Shown here: piece by piece, positions 25,623-39,170 of the stretch
Position numbering within the stretch: position 1 is the first letter of the stretch
How the letters are laid out: each line of letters begins with the position of its first letter
DNA from: Paraspadella gotoi
Lineage: Eukaryota > Animalia > Chaetognatha
Length of the DNA stretch: 64,000 nucleotides
Assembly: GCA_051294375.1 (NCBI GenBank)
Contig: CM119268.1
Coordinates: forward strand, 19,623,934-19,687,933
Reading direction: 5' to 3'
Position numbers and translations under genes: made by a program
Notes under the pieces: model-generated
What the model saw: the letters and a program-made list of their open reading frames with translations, nothing else
What the model was told of the DNA's origin: nothing
Databases searched by the model: none

Positions 25623-25976
25623 ACTCATACACACATTTGTTTTTTTAATTTATGATGAACGATTCATTGCGTCAATGAATGACTATCATCGCATCAATGA
25701 ATGACTATCATCGTATCAATGAATGATTCTCATCACATCAATGAATGACTATCATCGCATCAATCATTTGGTTATTATCACATCAATCATTTGGTTATCA
25801 TCACATCGATCATTTTGTTATCATCGCATCAATTATTGGTTATCATCGCATCAATATTTGATTATCATCGCATCAATCATTTGGTTATCATCCCATCAAT
25901 CCTTTGGTTATCATCGCATCAATATTTGGTTATCATTGAAGGTAGGCGAGATCCTATTCTTTTAAGATTTTTTTTC
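24820..25976 (+). mobile_element. HINE-2, 5'-truncated
   Basis: Homologous to 55599-57035, with atcatcgcatcaat 20-22-bp subrepeats and 3' end ggcgagatcctattctttaagattttt. Confidence 0.7.
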
Positions 25977-26558
25977 TCGTGTTTTGTCGACTCAAATTCA
26001 TCTTTTCTTTTCTTTTTTTCTTTCCTTTTGTTTTCTTTAAATCTTTTTAGTTGCGCCGCGTTTGATCAAACTTATTACTTTCAATAAACTCTTTTTTTTC
26101 TCTAATTCTCTTTTGTAATAATTCTGTTTCACTTTCTATTTCATTTTCTCGAAATTCTTTTATCTGACTTCGCGTTTTAAATTGCCTCTGTCTCTCTCTG
26201 TCTCTGTCTCTTTCTTAGTCTTGATAACACTAACGTTTTCTCTTTTTCCGCTCAATTTATCTGCAGTTCGTAATCTTTTTTGAAAAATTATTATATATTA
26301 TATATATTATTATTATATATATTCAGTACACTTCAGTACATTTTTATACAATTTTCTTCCTATAGAAAGTTTAATTTAAGTTAATTTAAGTTTAATTTCC
26401 GTCTGCTTTCTCTCAATGTCTGATTCTCATCGTCTCCCTTCTTCGCGGGAACAAATTCTTCATTTGACTTTTTCTGTCTTTCAAATTTCATCCTTAGTTT
26501 CCTCTCTCGCAAGTTCCATCGCTTATTCCATCTCCCGATTCAAATTGTTTTCTCTCAT

Positions 26559-26609
<51 letters not shown>

Positions 26610-27017
26610 ATATCTCTCTCTCTCTATCCTTCCAATTTCTTAATCGAGTTTCTCGAGATTTTTATTCGCTCGTAAAAGAAATTAATCGAAAACAGGGGAA
26701 GGAAATAAAGAAGACAAAAGACGGAAATGGAACGGGACAAAGTGTCAAAAACAGAATGTCAACAGCCGGAGAAACAGCGGCAGCCGGTTAGGGCAGCAGC
26801 CGCCGCAGGGCCACCGGCAGTAGCCGCAGCAGCATTCGCCGAATTCGTCCGCATTGTTTTTCTTTTCTCGTTCTTCTTATTATCTGTCTATCTATCTGAT
26901 TATATATGCGATTTTATTCGAATACAACGAGGTTGATCAGTACAATCATCATCAACAAACAAACAAACAAAGATAGACTAAGTCTTAGCAAAAAAAAAAA
27001 ACATTATAAAATAGAGA

Positions 27018-27327
27018 GAAAAAATCTTAAAAGCATAAAGATCGAGCAGCGCTTTCGATAGTAACCAAATATTGATGCGATGATAACCAAATATTGATGC
27101 GATGATAACCAAATATTGACGCGATGATAACCAATAATTGATGCGATGATAACAAAATGACTGATGTGATGATAATCAAATGATTGATGCGATGATAGTC
27201 ATTCATTGATATGATGATAATCAATTCATTGATACGATGATAGTCATTCATTGATGCGATGATAGTATTCATTGACGCGCTGAATCATTCATCGTAAATA
27301 AAACAAACAAATGCGTGTATGAGTGAA

Positions 27328-27365
<38 letters not shown>

Positions 27366-27534
27366 GCTGGACAGTTTTCCCGCCAACGAAACGCATTATT
27401 AGGTCTCTCTCGTTTATATAAAGAATAATCAGAATTTTTAGAAAAAAAAATCCACGAAAATCTCGGATGTAAATTTGTGATTTTGTATTGAGAAAAAAGC
27501 GCGGAATAAATGGCATAATAAAGTTTTTAGAAGG

Positions 27535-27585
<51 letters not shown>

Positions 27586-29420
27586 AGAGAGAGAGAGAAA
27601 AAAGGGAGGGAGAGTGAGAAAGAGAGAGAAGAGAGAGAGTTTTCCCACCAACGAGACGCATTATTAGGTCACTCTCGTTTATAATCGGTTATCCGTTGCC
27701 TCGCAACGGCGTCGTGAAATTGGGTCTATGTTGATTTTTTTTTATACACGTAACGCGTTATTAGGTCATGTTCCTCGACATTGTTTACTTGTTGCTCCGC
27801 AACGACCACGAAATCTAGGTTAAGTAAGTTATTGTATTTTGGGATTTTGTATTGAGATAAAATAATAAATGGCGATAATAAAAGTTTTTAGAAGGAAAAA
27901 TCCACGAAAATCTCGGAATAAATGGCGATAAAAGTTTTTAGAAGGAAAAAAAAAGAGAGAGAAAGAGAGAAGAGAAGAGAGAGAGAGAGAGAGAGAGAGA
28001 AAGAAGAAGATAGAGAGAAAAAGATTGTTCTTTTTTTAGGAAGAAACCAGACCGAGGTCAAATTTAATATTTGCATATTTAATTAATTTATAAATAGTTA
28101 TACAACTCAAATAATTATTATTTAAAAAAAAGTTAAAAATGATTAAATATATACACTAAAAATATTTATAAATTTAATAAAGTACAAATTATCAGAATAA
28201 CAAAAAAAGTAATGTTATATTTGACTATATCTCTCTTATCAACTCCTATTTTAGATATAATTTGCCAATAGTGGGCCAACCGGTCCAAAGTTGCAATAAT
28301 AAATAAAAACAATTTTTTTTTTTTATAATGTGATGCATGCAATTATATTATTTGGCGAAAGTGCTGCATATATAATAGGTCACATTAGCTGATTTATATG
28401 TGATAATGCATATCATTATAAGTTATTCTTCATTTTTTTAAAAAAAATATATAGAGAAGAGGAGGAGAGAGAGAGAGAGAGAGAGAAAGAAAAGAAAAAA
28501 CCGAATTTCTTTCCAATTATATCTCAGATATAAATTTGGGATTTTGTATTGAAAAAAAAGCGCGGAATAAATGGCGATAATAAAAGTTTTGAGAAGGAAA
28601 AAAATAATCAGAATTTTTCAAAAAACGAACGATCGTACAGAGTGAGAGAGACAGAAAGACAGAAAGAGAGAGAAAGAGAGACAGAAAGAGAAAAAGAGAG
28701 ACAAAGAGACAGAAGAAAGAGAAAGCTGGAAGCCAGCTGAACAGTCACTGCAGAACCTGAACTCGTTTTTTAAGGGTTCAGAAAAAGCAGCAACTGACAA
28801 ATATAGGAAAGAAAATCTATATATAATTTAAAGAATAAAAGAAAGGCAAAATATGTTACAATTGTTTACAATTGGAATTTTTCCAAATTTTTCCAAATCG
28901 CAGCTTGTAAAAGATTTAATTTATATTTGTATTAAAAATAAGATATAGCTTCTCATTAAAAAAATACTTTGAGTTCCCATTTTTATTAAATTTAAAACAA
29001 ATTTTTTGAATTTCATCTTCAATATTATATACTGCAATATGTAAATTAGATTAAAGCATTTCTAAGTACTTTAATCTCATTTGCATATTGCAGTAAATCA
29101 TAATGAAGTGGAAATTCAAACAGAAAATACTAAAATCCAAATGTAATATGAAAATATCACAGCTATTTCAAGATGAAAAGCCATATCTAAATTTTTAACT
29201 TACTATGATTGCACACTTTTGTAAAACTTTATCATAATTTATAATAATTTTATTTTAAAAAAACGGTAAGTCACAGCCAAACCTATAAAAGCGTAGTAGT
29301 TTTTATATACAAAAACAGCGTGACGGACGACGACGACGACGACGACTACGTCACAAAGAAGCAACCCTAAAACATTATAGAGCCTGACCCGGCTTCGCCG
29401 GTCAAGGCTCGATAAAAAAA
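27018..29420 (-). mobile_element. HINE-2, full length (~2.4 kb), reverse orientation
   Basis: 3' end aaaatcttaaaagcataaagATCGAGC. 5' hairpin gagcctgacccggcttcgccggtcaaGGCTCGATaaaa with adjacent (GAC)n. Confidence 0.8.
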
Positions 29421-29974
29421 ACAGTTAATTAAATAGAATTAATTAATTAAAATTTAAACAATTAAAAATTGTTCTATGTTGTAAAAAACGGAACAAGTTT
29501 CTGAGAACAGTATTTTCATTGTATATATATCTTTGAGATAAAGGTTTTCTTACGATTATTAAAAATTTTCCCATAGATTATATCCAAAAATCTTTCGTAC
29601 ACCATCATTTACAGCAACATTTATCTGTCTTTTTATCTATCTGTCTATCTATTTGTCTATATTTATGTCTATCTATTTATCTATCTATCTATCTTACTTT
29701 CTTCACTTATGATTAGTTAAACAGTTTCGCTAATTGAAAGTTATTTCAATTTAACAAAAAAATATCGTTGTCTAAAAACATTACCAAATTTTATGGGATT
29801 TTTTAAATAATATCGTTGATCTTTAGTTAATCTATCTCGATCAATATCTCACGATCCTCAACGCATTTCATGGACAATGAGGTTCTTTTTCACGTTTACT
29901 CTTTTTATTTACAGGTGACTTTTTTTTTCTTGATAATTTTCCCCCATCGTCTGCCATCGAATCTCCTACTCTCT

Positions 29975-31129
29975 TTTTTAGTCGGATCTGCTTATCAGCA
30001 GATCCCGAGTCCCGACTCTATAATTCACTTTGTCGGTCCGCCCCCTCAATATTGTCGGGCACTAACTTATATCATGTCAGAACATCGAATTATGATAAAT
30101 TATGCAAAAAAATGTCCGTCCGTTCGTCCGTCCGTCCCACCTTAGCAAAAAACACCAATTACTCGTGATTGGATGGATGGATTTGAATGAGATTTTGTGT
30201 GTGGGTAGGGAAGTGTGTGACTGAGCTGGATATGAAGTTTCGATGGAATCGTCCGAGTGGAAATGAGTTTAAATGGAAAAAACAAAAATATAATTCACTA
30301 TTTGAATACCAATTGCTCATGAGTGGATGGGGCGATTGACCTGGAATTTTGTATGTGGGTAGGAAAGTGTGTGATTGAACAGGAAATCAAGTTTTGATGG
30401 AATCGTTTGAGTGGAAATGAGTTTAAATGGAAAAAAACAAACCTGTTTCACTAATGATTTTTTTTCCTTTTATATTAAATGTATATGCACTTATGCAGGA
30501 TGTATTAATAAATCAAATAATTAATCAGTTAATTAATCAATTAGTCAATTAATCACTAATTAATTAATCAGTCAATCAATCCGTCCATCCGTCCCACCTT
30601 AGCAAACAGCCCCAATAACTCGTGATTGGCTGGTTGGGTCGGAATGAAATTTTGTGTGTGGGTAGAAACATGTGTGACGAAGCTTGATATAAAGTTTCGG
30701 TGGAAACGTACCAGTGGAAATGAGTTTAAATGAAAAAAATATATATTTACTTGAATCTTTTTATTTATTTTAGCCCATGATAGATTGAGATGAATTTTTG
30801 TGAGCCGGTAGGAAAGTGAGTGAAGAAGCTAGATATAAAGTTTTGACGGAATGCAAGTTGAAAAAATTATGCAAGTTGAAAAAATCTTAAAAGCATAAGG
30901 ATCCTCACAATTGCATAAAAAGAGAGAGAGAGAGAGAAGGAGACATAAAATAAAATAGAGGATTTTTTTTGTTTTGATAAAATGTAAACAAAACATTTAA
31001 TAACTGTCCTGACTCAATTTTAAGGACATCGATGATGACAAGCTGAATATAAATTATAATTAAATATTAAAATTAATTAATTAATTAATTATCGTAAGCA
31101 GATCCGACATTGTTTGCTCAAACTTGTTT
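29975..31129 (+). mobile_element. HINE-1 reference copy (~1.15 kb)
   Basis: Order: T-run, 5' subTIR GTCGGATCTGC with adjacent inverted copy GCAGATCCCGA, (GTCC)n, four ~150-bp subrepeats, 3' subTIR GCAGATCCGAC (31098-31108), GTTTG-CT-CAAAC stem-loop, T-run. No TSD. This is the architecture described for DINE-1/HINE elements. Confidence 0.85.
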
Positions 31130-31829
31130 ATAAATCAAGCAAGTTTTCGAATAGATATCCTCTATTAAAAATGTTATATACTTTTTTCCTAGATAGTATG
31201 CATTGTGTATCTCCCTCTTCCTCTCTAACTCTCTCTCTCTCTCTCAAATTGACAATATCATTTTAGTTTCAAAACTAAAATCTATCTGTCCTTACCATTA
31301 GCCTATTCTCACCATTGACCACTGTCCTTTCTAAACTCTGAGTTTGAAACTTTGTCCTTTCTCTCTCTCTTTTTCTCTCTCCCTCTCCTTCTGTAGAAAA
31401 TTTGTGAGCAATTCACAAAAAACTTTGACGCTCATATTGTGAGCCGATGCATGTTCGTCTATAATAAAAAAATGTTACCAATAAACTATTCGTCTATTTA
31501 GATAAATTATGCAAAACAAATTATGTCCGTCCGTCTGTCTGTCCGTCCCCCTTTACTCATGGTTGGTGGATGGATTGGAATGAAATTTTGTGTGTGGGTA
31601 GGAAAGTGTGTGATTGAGTTGGATAAAAAGTTTCGATGGAAGTGGAAATGAGTTTAAATGGAAAAAAACAAAACAAAATTTCACTATTTGAACGCCAATT
31701 AATCAGAAGTGGACTGGGCGATTGACTTGAAATTTTGTATGTGGGTAGGAAAGTTTGTGATTAAGCTGTATATCAAATTTTGATGGAATTGTCTGAGAGT
31801 AAAAAACAAAAAACCTGTTTCACTAATTG

Positions 31830-32281
31830 TGTTTGATCTTGTAACCTAAATTTGCTCGGCCAGGAATTTGAATGTTAGTGAGGTTAAAAACGTATATTGT
31901 ATCAAATAAAAAGGCACGAAATAAACGTATTAAAAAACCGACTAAAAACAATATAAAAACTAGTTAAAAACAGAAAAAAACATATTAAAAACAAGTTAAA
32001 AACATATTAAAATTCGTGCGTCGCAAATAAAATAATAACCTCTACTGGGTTTGAAAACGGTTGGCCGTCTAATATACAAGATCATATGCGACTCAATAAG
32101 GCTACGACCAACGCGTTTCCTCAATGACTGGGCGCGGAAACCGCGGTAAAAAAGATACAACATCTTCTCCTAACTCTCGACGGCGATTGGTCGAGGCCCG
32201 CCAATCCAGGACCGCAGGGAAGAAGCTTGCATTTTGCGATCCAAAACGCGAAGGGGAACCGCGCGGCCCAACACAGATACA
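31830..32281. mobile_element. Solo LTR (452 bp) inside a HINE-1 copy (~31495-32735)
   Basis: TGT...ACA termini and 5-bp TSD aattg (31825-31829 and 32282-32286). Removing it restores the HINE-1 consensus cactaattgattatg. Confidence 0.85.
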
Positions 32282-33029
32282 AATTGATTATGTTTCTTTT
32301 TCTTTTTATATTAAATGTAAATGCAAGATGTATTAATTAATCAAATAATTAATCAGTTAATTAATCAATAAATTAATACATAATTAATTAATCGGTCAAT
32401 TAATCAATCAATTAATTATTCAAGAAATAAATTTATTTTGTTATCTAATAATTAATTATTCAATCAATCAATTTTTTTATAAATTAATTAATTATTTAAT
32501 CAATTAATCAAGTCAATCTTTATCGGCATTATTGTCATCGTCGCCATCATCGTCGTCGTTGCTTTTGTCGTGGTTAGTGACGAAAAGACCTAAAAACAAA
32601 CATTTTGGATCAAATTAATTAATTTATTATTTAATGAATAAATTATTATTTTAGTTTATATAGTTTGTATTAATTAATTAATTAATTACCGCTAATTATC
32701 GTTGGCAGCTCCAACATTATTTGCTCAAACTTGTTAATTTGATTTTTAGTTTTCGTTTTTTTTTCTGCTTTTAGCATCACATTCATATTTTATAGTATAT
32801 TTTTTTTCCTTTTCTTTCCCATTTTCTTTCGACTTTTATTTCCCTTTTTCTTTTCATTTTTCTTTCCCCTTTTCTTTCCCTTTTTCTTTTTATTTTCTTT
32901 CCCCTTTTCTTTCCCCTTTTCTTTCCCCTTTTTTCCCCTTTTCATTCCCCTTTTTCCCTTCAAATCGCCGTCACGTTTTGTTGATGCCTCACGTCTTTGG
33001 CAGAGACGCGTGCGGATCACGCGCCGGAG

Positions 33030-33182
33030 GCTACGTCAGGCGGCATCTGACGGTGTCGGACAGAGTCGGGCGACGTCGGGCGGCGTCTGACTGCGTCGGG
33101 CAGTGTCGGACGGCGTCTGACGGCGTCGGGCAGCATCGGACTGCGTCTGACGGCGTCGGGCGGCGTCTGACGGCGTCGGACA
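33030..33182. repeat. GC-rich 10-bp tandem repeat (CGTCGGACGG/CGTCTGACGG)
   Basis: About 15 units with a 30-bp higher-order pattern. Confidence 0.85.
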
Positions 33183-34293
33183 TAGTTAACGGACGCCAGG
33201 CATAGTCTGGCGACGGGCTCCAGACCGAAAATAAACGAAACAGGCGACGGAAAGTGAAAGAAGTAAAAGAAAAGAGAAACATTGAAAGAAGCGGAGGAAT
33301 TCGAGGAGAGACGATAAAAGAAGCCGACTAAAAAGAAGAAGAAAAAGAAAAAGAAGAAGAAGAACAAGAAGAAAAAGAAAAAGAAAAAGAAAAAGAAAAA
33401 GAAAAAGAAAAAGAAAAAGAAAATGAAAATGAAAAGGAAAAAGAAAAGGGAGAATCTGATTTGCATATCAAAGTAGGATTTGTTGCTTTTATCGGGCGAC
33501 TTTCGCCTCGATGCGGAGCGTCGACCCTCGATTCTAAGATGTCCGAGAAAAAAATGACAGACGGGGGAGGGAGGATATGATGATAATAGATAGATAGATA
33601 GATAGATAGATAAATAGATATAGATATATAGATAAATAGATAGAAAAGTTTGAAATGAATTTTCAACAACGATTTTATTTTAATAAAAAAAAACAGACAT
33701 GTTTCGGCATTAAAAAAGTTAACTTTTAACTTTTTTACTCATAATTATTAATAAATATAGTTAACTAACTTTTTATAAAACATAAAATTTAGAAATAAAA
33801 ATACCAAAATATTTTTATAAGTTTTTATTTTTATATTTCAAAAGCTCATATAAATTTTATAAAATTTTAATAATTTGATTTATCATAACTTATAATGGTT
33901 TTGCTAGTTTATAACAATTTTATATACATTAAAAACCCTCATTTCCGACAAGAAAGATAAAATTATACAAAAAAATGGTCATCACCATCGATTTCTACAG
34001 ACTACATTACACTAAAATAGCTATGTACCTCACTTGATTTGTTATATTTTGTTATTTTTCAACGCTCTACTCTACAATAAATAAACTTATTCACGATTTA
34101 TTCGTCATTTATTCGACATTTACGTCATTCGAGATTTAGAAAACCTATGAAACCTATCAAATCAAACCTCGAACAACAATGTACAAAAAATATCTTATAT
34201 GACTCGAAACCCAAATATTTATTAGTTTATTATAGTTTATTCAGATTCGTCTAAAAACGAGTTCAGCTCTGCATCGGCGGTCCAGCTTCTCTC

Positions 34294-34329
<36 letters not shown>

Positions 34330-34845
34330 TATTATTTTTTTCCTTCTAAAAACTTTCATTATTGCCATTTATTCCGCGCTTTTTCTCAATACAAAATCCC
34401 AAATTAACATCCGAGATTTTTGTGGATTTATTTTACGGCTCCGAGATTTAGTCAGAATACGTTTTATGTTTGAAAACAAAGTTAATTGATATTCGGCGTT
34501 AAATTAAATTCCCGATTTTGAAGTCGCACAAACCCGCAAGTGTTGGTACACTCTCTGTCTCTATCTGTCTCTGTCTCTCCCTCTCACTCTCTCGTTCTCT
34601 CTCTCTCTCACTCATACACGCGTTTGTTTGTTATCTCGATTTTGGATCTTTGGGACGTCGTCGTCGTCGTCGCCGTTGTCTGCGTCGGCGTCGGCGTCAC
34701 GCTTTTTGTCTTTCTTTCTCTCTCTTTTTTTCTTTTTCTTTCCCTCTTTCACTCATAAACGCATTTGTTTTTTTTTATTTACGATGAATGATCGCATGAA
34801 TCATCGCATCAATGAATGTTTATCATCGCATCAATGAATGACTAT

Positions 34846-35456
34846 TAAGGCGTAGTAAAATTTCTAAATTTAACTTTAATTAAAATTCTAAAAGTGAGGA
34901 ACGAACAACATTATATTAATGAACATTTATGTAATAAAAAAATTTATAATAAATTTTACAATTTACGCAGTAGGCCATATTTATACCAGTACTAAACCAA
35001 TAAATGTTAAAATTTCAAAACAGTTTTTTCTAAAAAATTTTTGCAGATTTGGATTTGTCATAAAAAGTTGATAAAAAGAAATATAACTCTTTTTGAAAAA
35101 TTCCTTCATTAAGTGGGTCAAAAATTAGAAAAAGCTATATTTTATGCTGAAAATTAACTTTTTATATATTAAATATAGTTTTTTTTAATTTTTAACCCAC
35201 TTAATGAAAGAATTTTTAAAAATTATTTATATTTTCTTTCATCAACATTTGACGAGGAATTAAAATCTGCAATCAAAATTAAGAAAAGCCTATTTTGAAA
35301 TTTTTCGATTTTATAAGGATAGTACTATATATAAATATAGCCTAGCGAAAATTAAAAAACATAAAATTATTTTTTTTTACAAATTAATGTTCACTGATGG
35401 TATGTTGTTCATAATTGACTTTTAGAATTTTCGTATGTAACTTTCACTACGCCTTA
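34846..35456 (+). mobile_element. hAT-like MITE family A (611 bp)
   Basis: TIRs TAAGGCGTAGT(A/G)AAA and perfect 8-bp TSD atgactat. Inserted in a HINE-2 subrepeat array. Confidence 0.9.
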
Positions 35457-35721
35457 ATGACTATCATCGCTCGTGAATGGCGTTGCGGCTCATTTTTTTC
35501 CATGCGGCCTTGGTCGGGGGAATGTTCGGGGCCGGGAAGTCAATTTTCTTTAAGAGTGGCGTAGTCGTTGTGGTTAAGGCTTGACTCTTCTTTTTGGAGA
35601 AGTGGGATGTCGAGTCCACTCCTGTCACCAAATTTAAGTAAGAAGACAAGGATTTTAGCATGAAACCAAAATGGAATTCATTTACAGAAAGTAGACAGAA
35701 GACGGTGTCAATATTTGGACA

Positions 35722-35817
35722 TAATGATTAAGTACAAAAACCGGTGCTTTTTATACAATGCAAGTGGATCATAGAGGTGGGCAGATTTTCCTTGCTGATG
35801 AAGTCTCGACCAATCAG
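35722..35817 (-). promoter_or_regulatory. Candidate Pol II core promoter (CCAAT box, TATA box, Inr-like site)
   Basis: TATAAAAAG at 35755-35747 lies 30 nt upstream of the A in TCATT (35725). GACCAATCAG sits at about -85. Confidence 0.45.
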
Positions 35818-36321
35818 AGAGCTTGATTCCATTTTGGTGATTTCTTCCCGAGCCACCGATCCGGTTCCTTGCGATTCCATTCGATTCCATTCGATTCCAT
35901 CTTATGGGTAACTAGATATTCCTAGAATGATTGCATCAATCATTTGGTTATCATCGCATAAATTTTTTGTCTTTCGTTTTTTATTTCTTTAGTTCCTCCT
36001 CTCGTCTGGCGAGATCAATACTCTTTTAAGATTTTTTTTTTAATACAAACGTAGGGAGTCCAAAAGAGATCATTAAGTTGACTGGTAGGAATCTGTATTA
36101 ATCGAGAATTAAACGATATGAAATAAATTAATCGATCGATGAATTAATCATTCATTATGTCAATCAAATCTATCAATCAGGAATCCATCATAATCGATTC
36201 GCGTTGAGATGGCATCGTATCTTCGCTATACGATTGACGTCGCTTTTCGATGGAATAGGTTTTCTGCGTTGGAACCGCGAGGAAGGAATGGCGTCAAATA
36301 GAATCAACTCGTTAGCGAAAG

Positions 36322-36377
<56 letters not shown>

Positions 36378-36757
36378 AAGTTATATCGGGATTTATAACA
36401 CAGAAAACTTTTAAGTTCAGAAAGATAGAGCAAAAACCAAAAAGAGGTAAATAAGATGGTTGAAATATTATATGATAAAGCTAAAATAATACTTTATTGA
36501 ACCGAATAAAACATTCTTTATGATATCCTTATTATTGCAAAACAGAACAGTATAGGATGGCCACGTCTTAAAAGCCCCGTTGAGTTTTAGTGACAGCAAT
36601 TTTCAGATTGCAGAATCGTAATACAGTTTTAAAAAAATTAAAAAACATAATCGTAATAGTAAGAACATCTCTACCCGCAGATTCGCTTTTTATCCAGCCA
36701 TGACCGGCGAAGCCGGTTCAGGCTTGATATTGATTCGGGTGAGCTTTTTGTGACATA

Positions 36758-36788
<31 letters not shown>

Positions 36789-37631
36789 GCGTCACGTAGC
36801 TGTTTAAAAAAAAAACTACTACGCTTTTATAGGTTTGGCTGTGACTTACCGTTTTTTTTTAAATAAAAATTATTATGAATTATGATAAAGTTTTACAAAA
36901 GTGTGCATTCATAGTAAGTTAAAAATTTAGATATGGCTTCTCATCTTGAAATAGCTTTGATATTTTCTTATTACATTTGGATTTAAGTATTTTTTGTTTG
37001 AATTTCCACTTCATTATGATTTACTGCAATATGCAAATGAGATTATAGTACTCATTATCATATCCAAATTAGTACATAGAAATGCTTTAATCTAATTTAC
37101 ATATTGCAGTATATAATATTGAAGATGAAATTCAAAAATTTTTTTTTTAAATCTCTAATAAAAATGGGAACTCAAAATAACTTTTTAATGAGAAGCTATA
37201 TCTTAATTTTAATACAATATAATCAAATATAAAAATATAAAGTCTATACAATGCTGATAAAATTGGAAAAATTTCCAATTGTAAACCATTGTAACATTTT
37301 TTGCCTTTCTTTTATTTCTTTTATTTCTTTTATTCTTTTATTTCAGTTTCTTATATTTTAATTATATATATATTATATATATATATATATATATATTATT
37401 TTTTCTATATTTTTATATTTTAATTGTTTTTTAAATTGATTTTTATTTTTATATTTTAATTGTTTTTTAAATTGATTTTTGTCTCAGTGGAAGAGTAAAT
37501 AAAAAATAATAAATAAATTAAAACAAATATAAATAATTTAAAAAATAAAAATAAAAATTTAGTTTTTAAATGAATATTAGGGTTTACATTTTATATTTTC
37601 TGAGTAGAGAATTATTTTTATATGAACGATA

Positions 37632-38213
37632 ATGGCGACATCAACAGGGGCAGTTGGGTCAGAAAATAATGCAACTTATAGGGTAGTGACTTGGAATTGT
37701 GGAGGGTTAAAGGGTGATACGGGACAGAGGAAGGGTGATTGGTTATTAAATTTATTAAATGCTGATAAGGGGTTAGGTATTATGGTTATTCAGGAAACGC
37801 ATTGTAAATATGATAATGAATTATGTCAGGCTGTAAGGGATATGGAATTAAGATATAAGGTGTTGCACAGTCCAGCTACAGTGGGTGACGATTATGCAGG
37901 TATATTGTGTGTAATTTCTGATGATTGGGAAGTGATAAACAATGTGGTGAGTTTAAGTGGCAGAGTGATGTCAGTAAAAGTTCAAAATGTGGTTTCTAGC
38001 AAAGTGATAAATTTTGTTGTGGTTTATGGAGTGAGTGGTGGATTGGATGGTGGATCATGGATAAGAAAATTGGATGAAATTATAGATGATTCGTGTTCTA
38101 ATGTTGTGATAGGAGACTTCAATTTTGTGGAAGAAAGCAGAGATAGAGGGAGTGATTTACTGACAAGATATGATCAGGTTCTTGGTACGATTTTTACAGA
38201 TGTAAAAGGAAAT
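37632..38213 (+). CDS. APE-like endonuclease domain of a non-LTR retrotransposon ORF2 (L1/Tx1-like), cut by an assembly gap
   Basis: Motifs VTWNCGGL, VIQETH, GRVMSV, VVVYG and IGDFNF..DR in 194 uninterrupted codons. An AT-rich spacer precedes it from ~37352. Confidence 0.85.
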
Positions 38214-38821
38214 NNNNNNNNNNNNNNNNNNNNNNNNNACTGGATTCAAGCAGGTGGGCAGATTTTCCTTGCTGATGAAGTCTCGACCAATCAGAGAGCT
38301 TGATTCCATTTTTGGTGATTTCTTCCCGAGCCACCGATCCGGTTCCTTGGGATTCCATTCGATTCCATTCGATTCCATCTTATGGGTAACTAGATATTCC
38401 TAGAATGATTGCATCAATCATTTGGTTATCATCGCATAAATTTTTTGTCTTTCTTATTTCTTTAGTTCCTCCTCTCGTTCGGCGAGATCAATACTCTCTT
38501 TTAGAATTTTTTTTTAATACAAACGTAGGGAGTCCAAAAGAGATCATTAAGTTGACTGGTAGGAATCTGTATTAATCGAGAATTAAACGATATGAAATAA
38601 ATTAATCGATCGATGAATTAATCATTCATTATGTCAATCAAATCTATCAATCAGGAATCCATCATAATCGATTCGCGTTGAGATGGCATCGTATCTTCGC
38701 TATACGATTGACGTCGCTTTTCGATGGAATAGGTTTTCTGCGTTGGAACCGCGAGGAAGGAATGGCGTCAAATAGAATCAACTCGTTGGACGAGAAGAGA
38801 GAGAGAGAGAGAAGGAGAGAG

Positions 38822-38853
<32 letters not shown>

Positions 38854-39170
38854 AGGGAGGAGTTATATCGGGATTTATAACACAGAAAACTTTTAAGTTC
38901 AGAAAGAAGAGCAAAAACCAAAAAGAGGTAAATAAGATGGTTGAAATATTATATGATATAAAGCTAAAATAATACTTTATTGAACCGAATAAAACATTCT
39001 TTATGATATCCTTATTATTGCAAAACAGAACAGTATAGGATGGCCACGTCTTAAAAGCCCCGTTGAGTTTTAGTGACAGCAATTTTCAGATTGCAGAATC
39101 GTAATACAGTTTTAAAAAAATTAAAAAAACATAATCGTAATAGTAAGAACATCTCTACCCGCAGATTCGC

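Noticed and set aside
25670-25935. Regular 20-22-bp repeats resembling a CRISPR array (also ~55380-55560 and ~56750-57000)
   Set aside because: Contiguous degenerate tandem units with no unique spacers, no cas genes, a eukaryotic context, and part of HINE-2.
32978-33282. RRRPT/TASDGV repeat ORFs
   Set aside because: Products of a 10-bp GC-rich tandem repeat that is open on both strands.
35795-35825. CTGATGA followed by a weak stem (also ~60809-60830)
   Set aside because: There is no correctly placed GAAA or cleavage triplet, so these are not called hammerheads.
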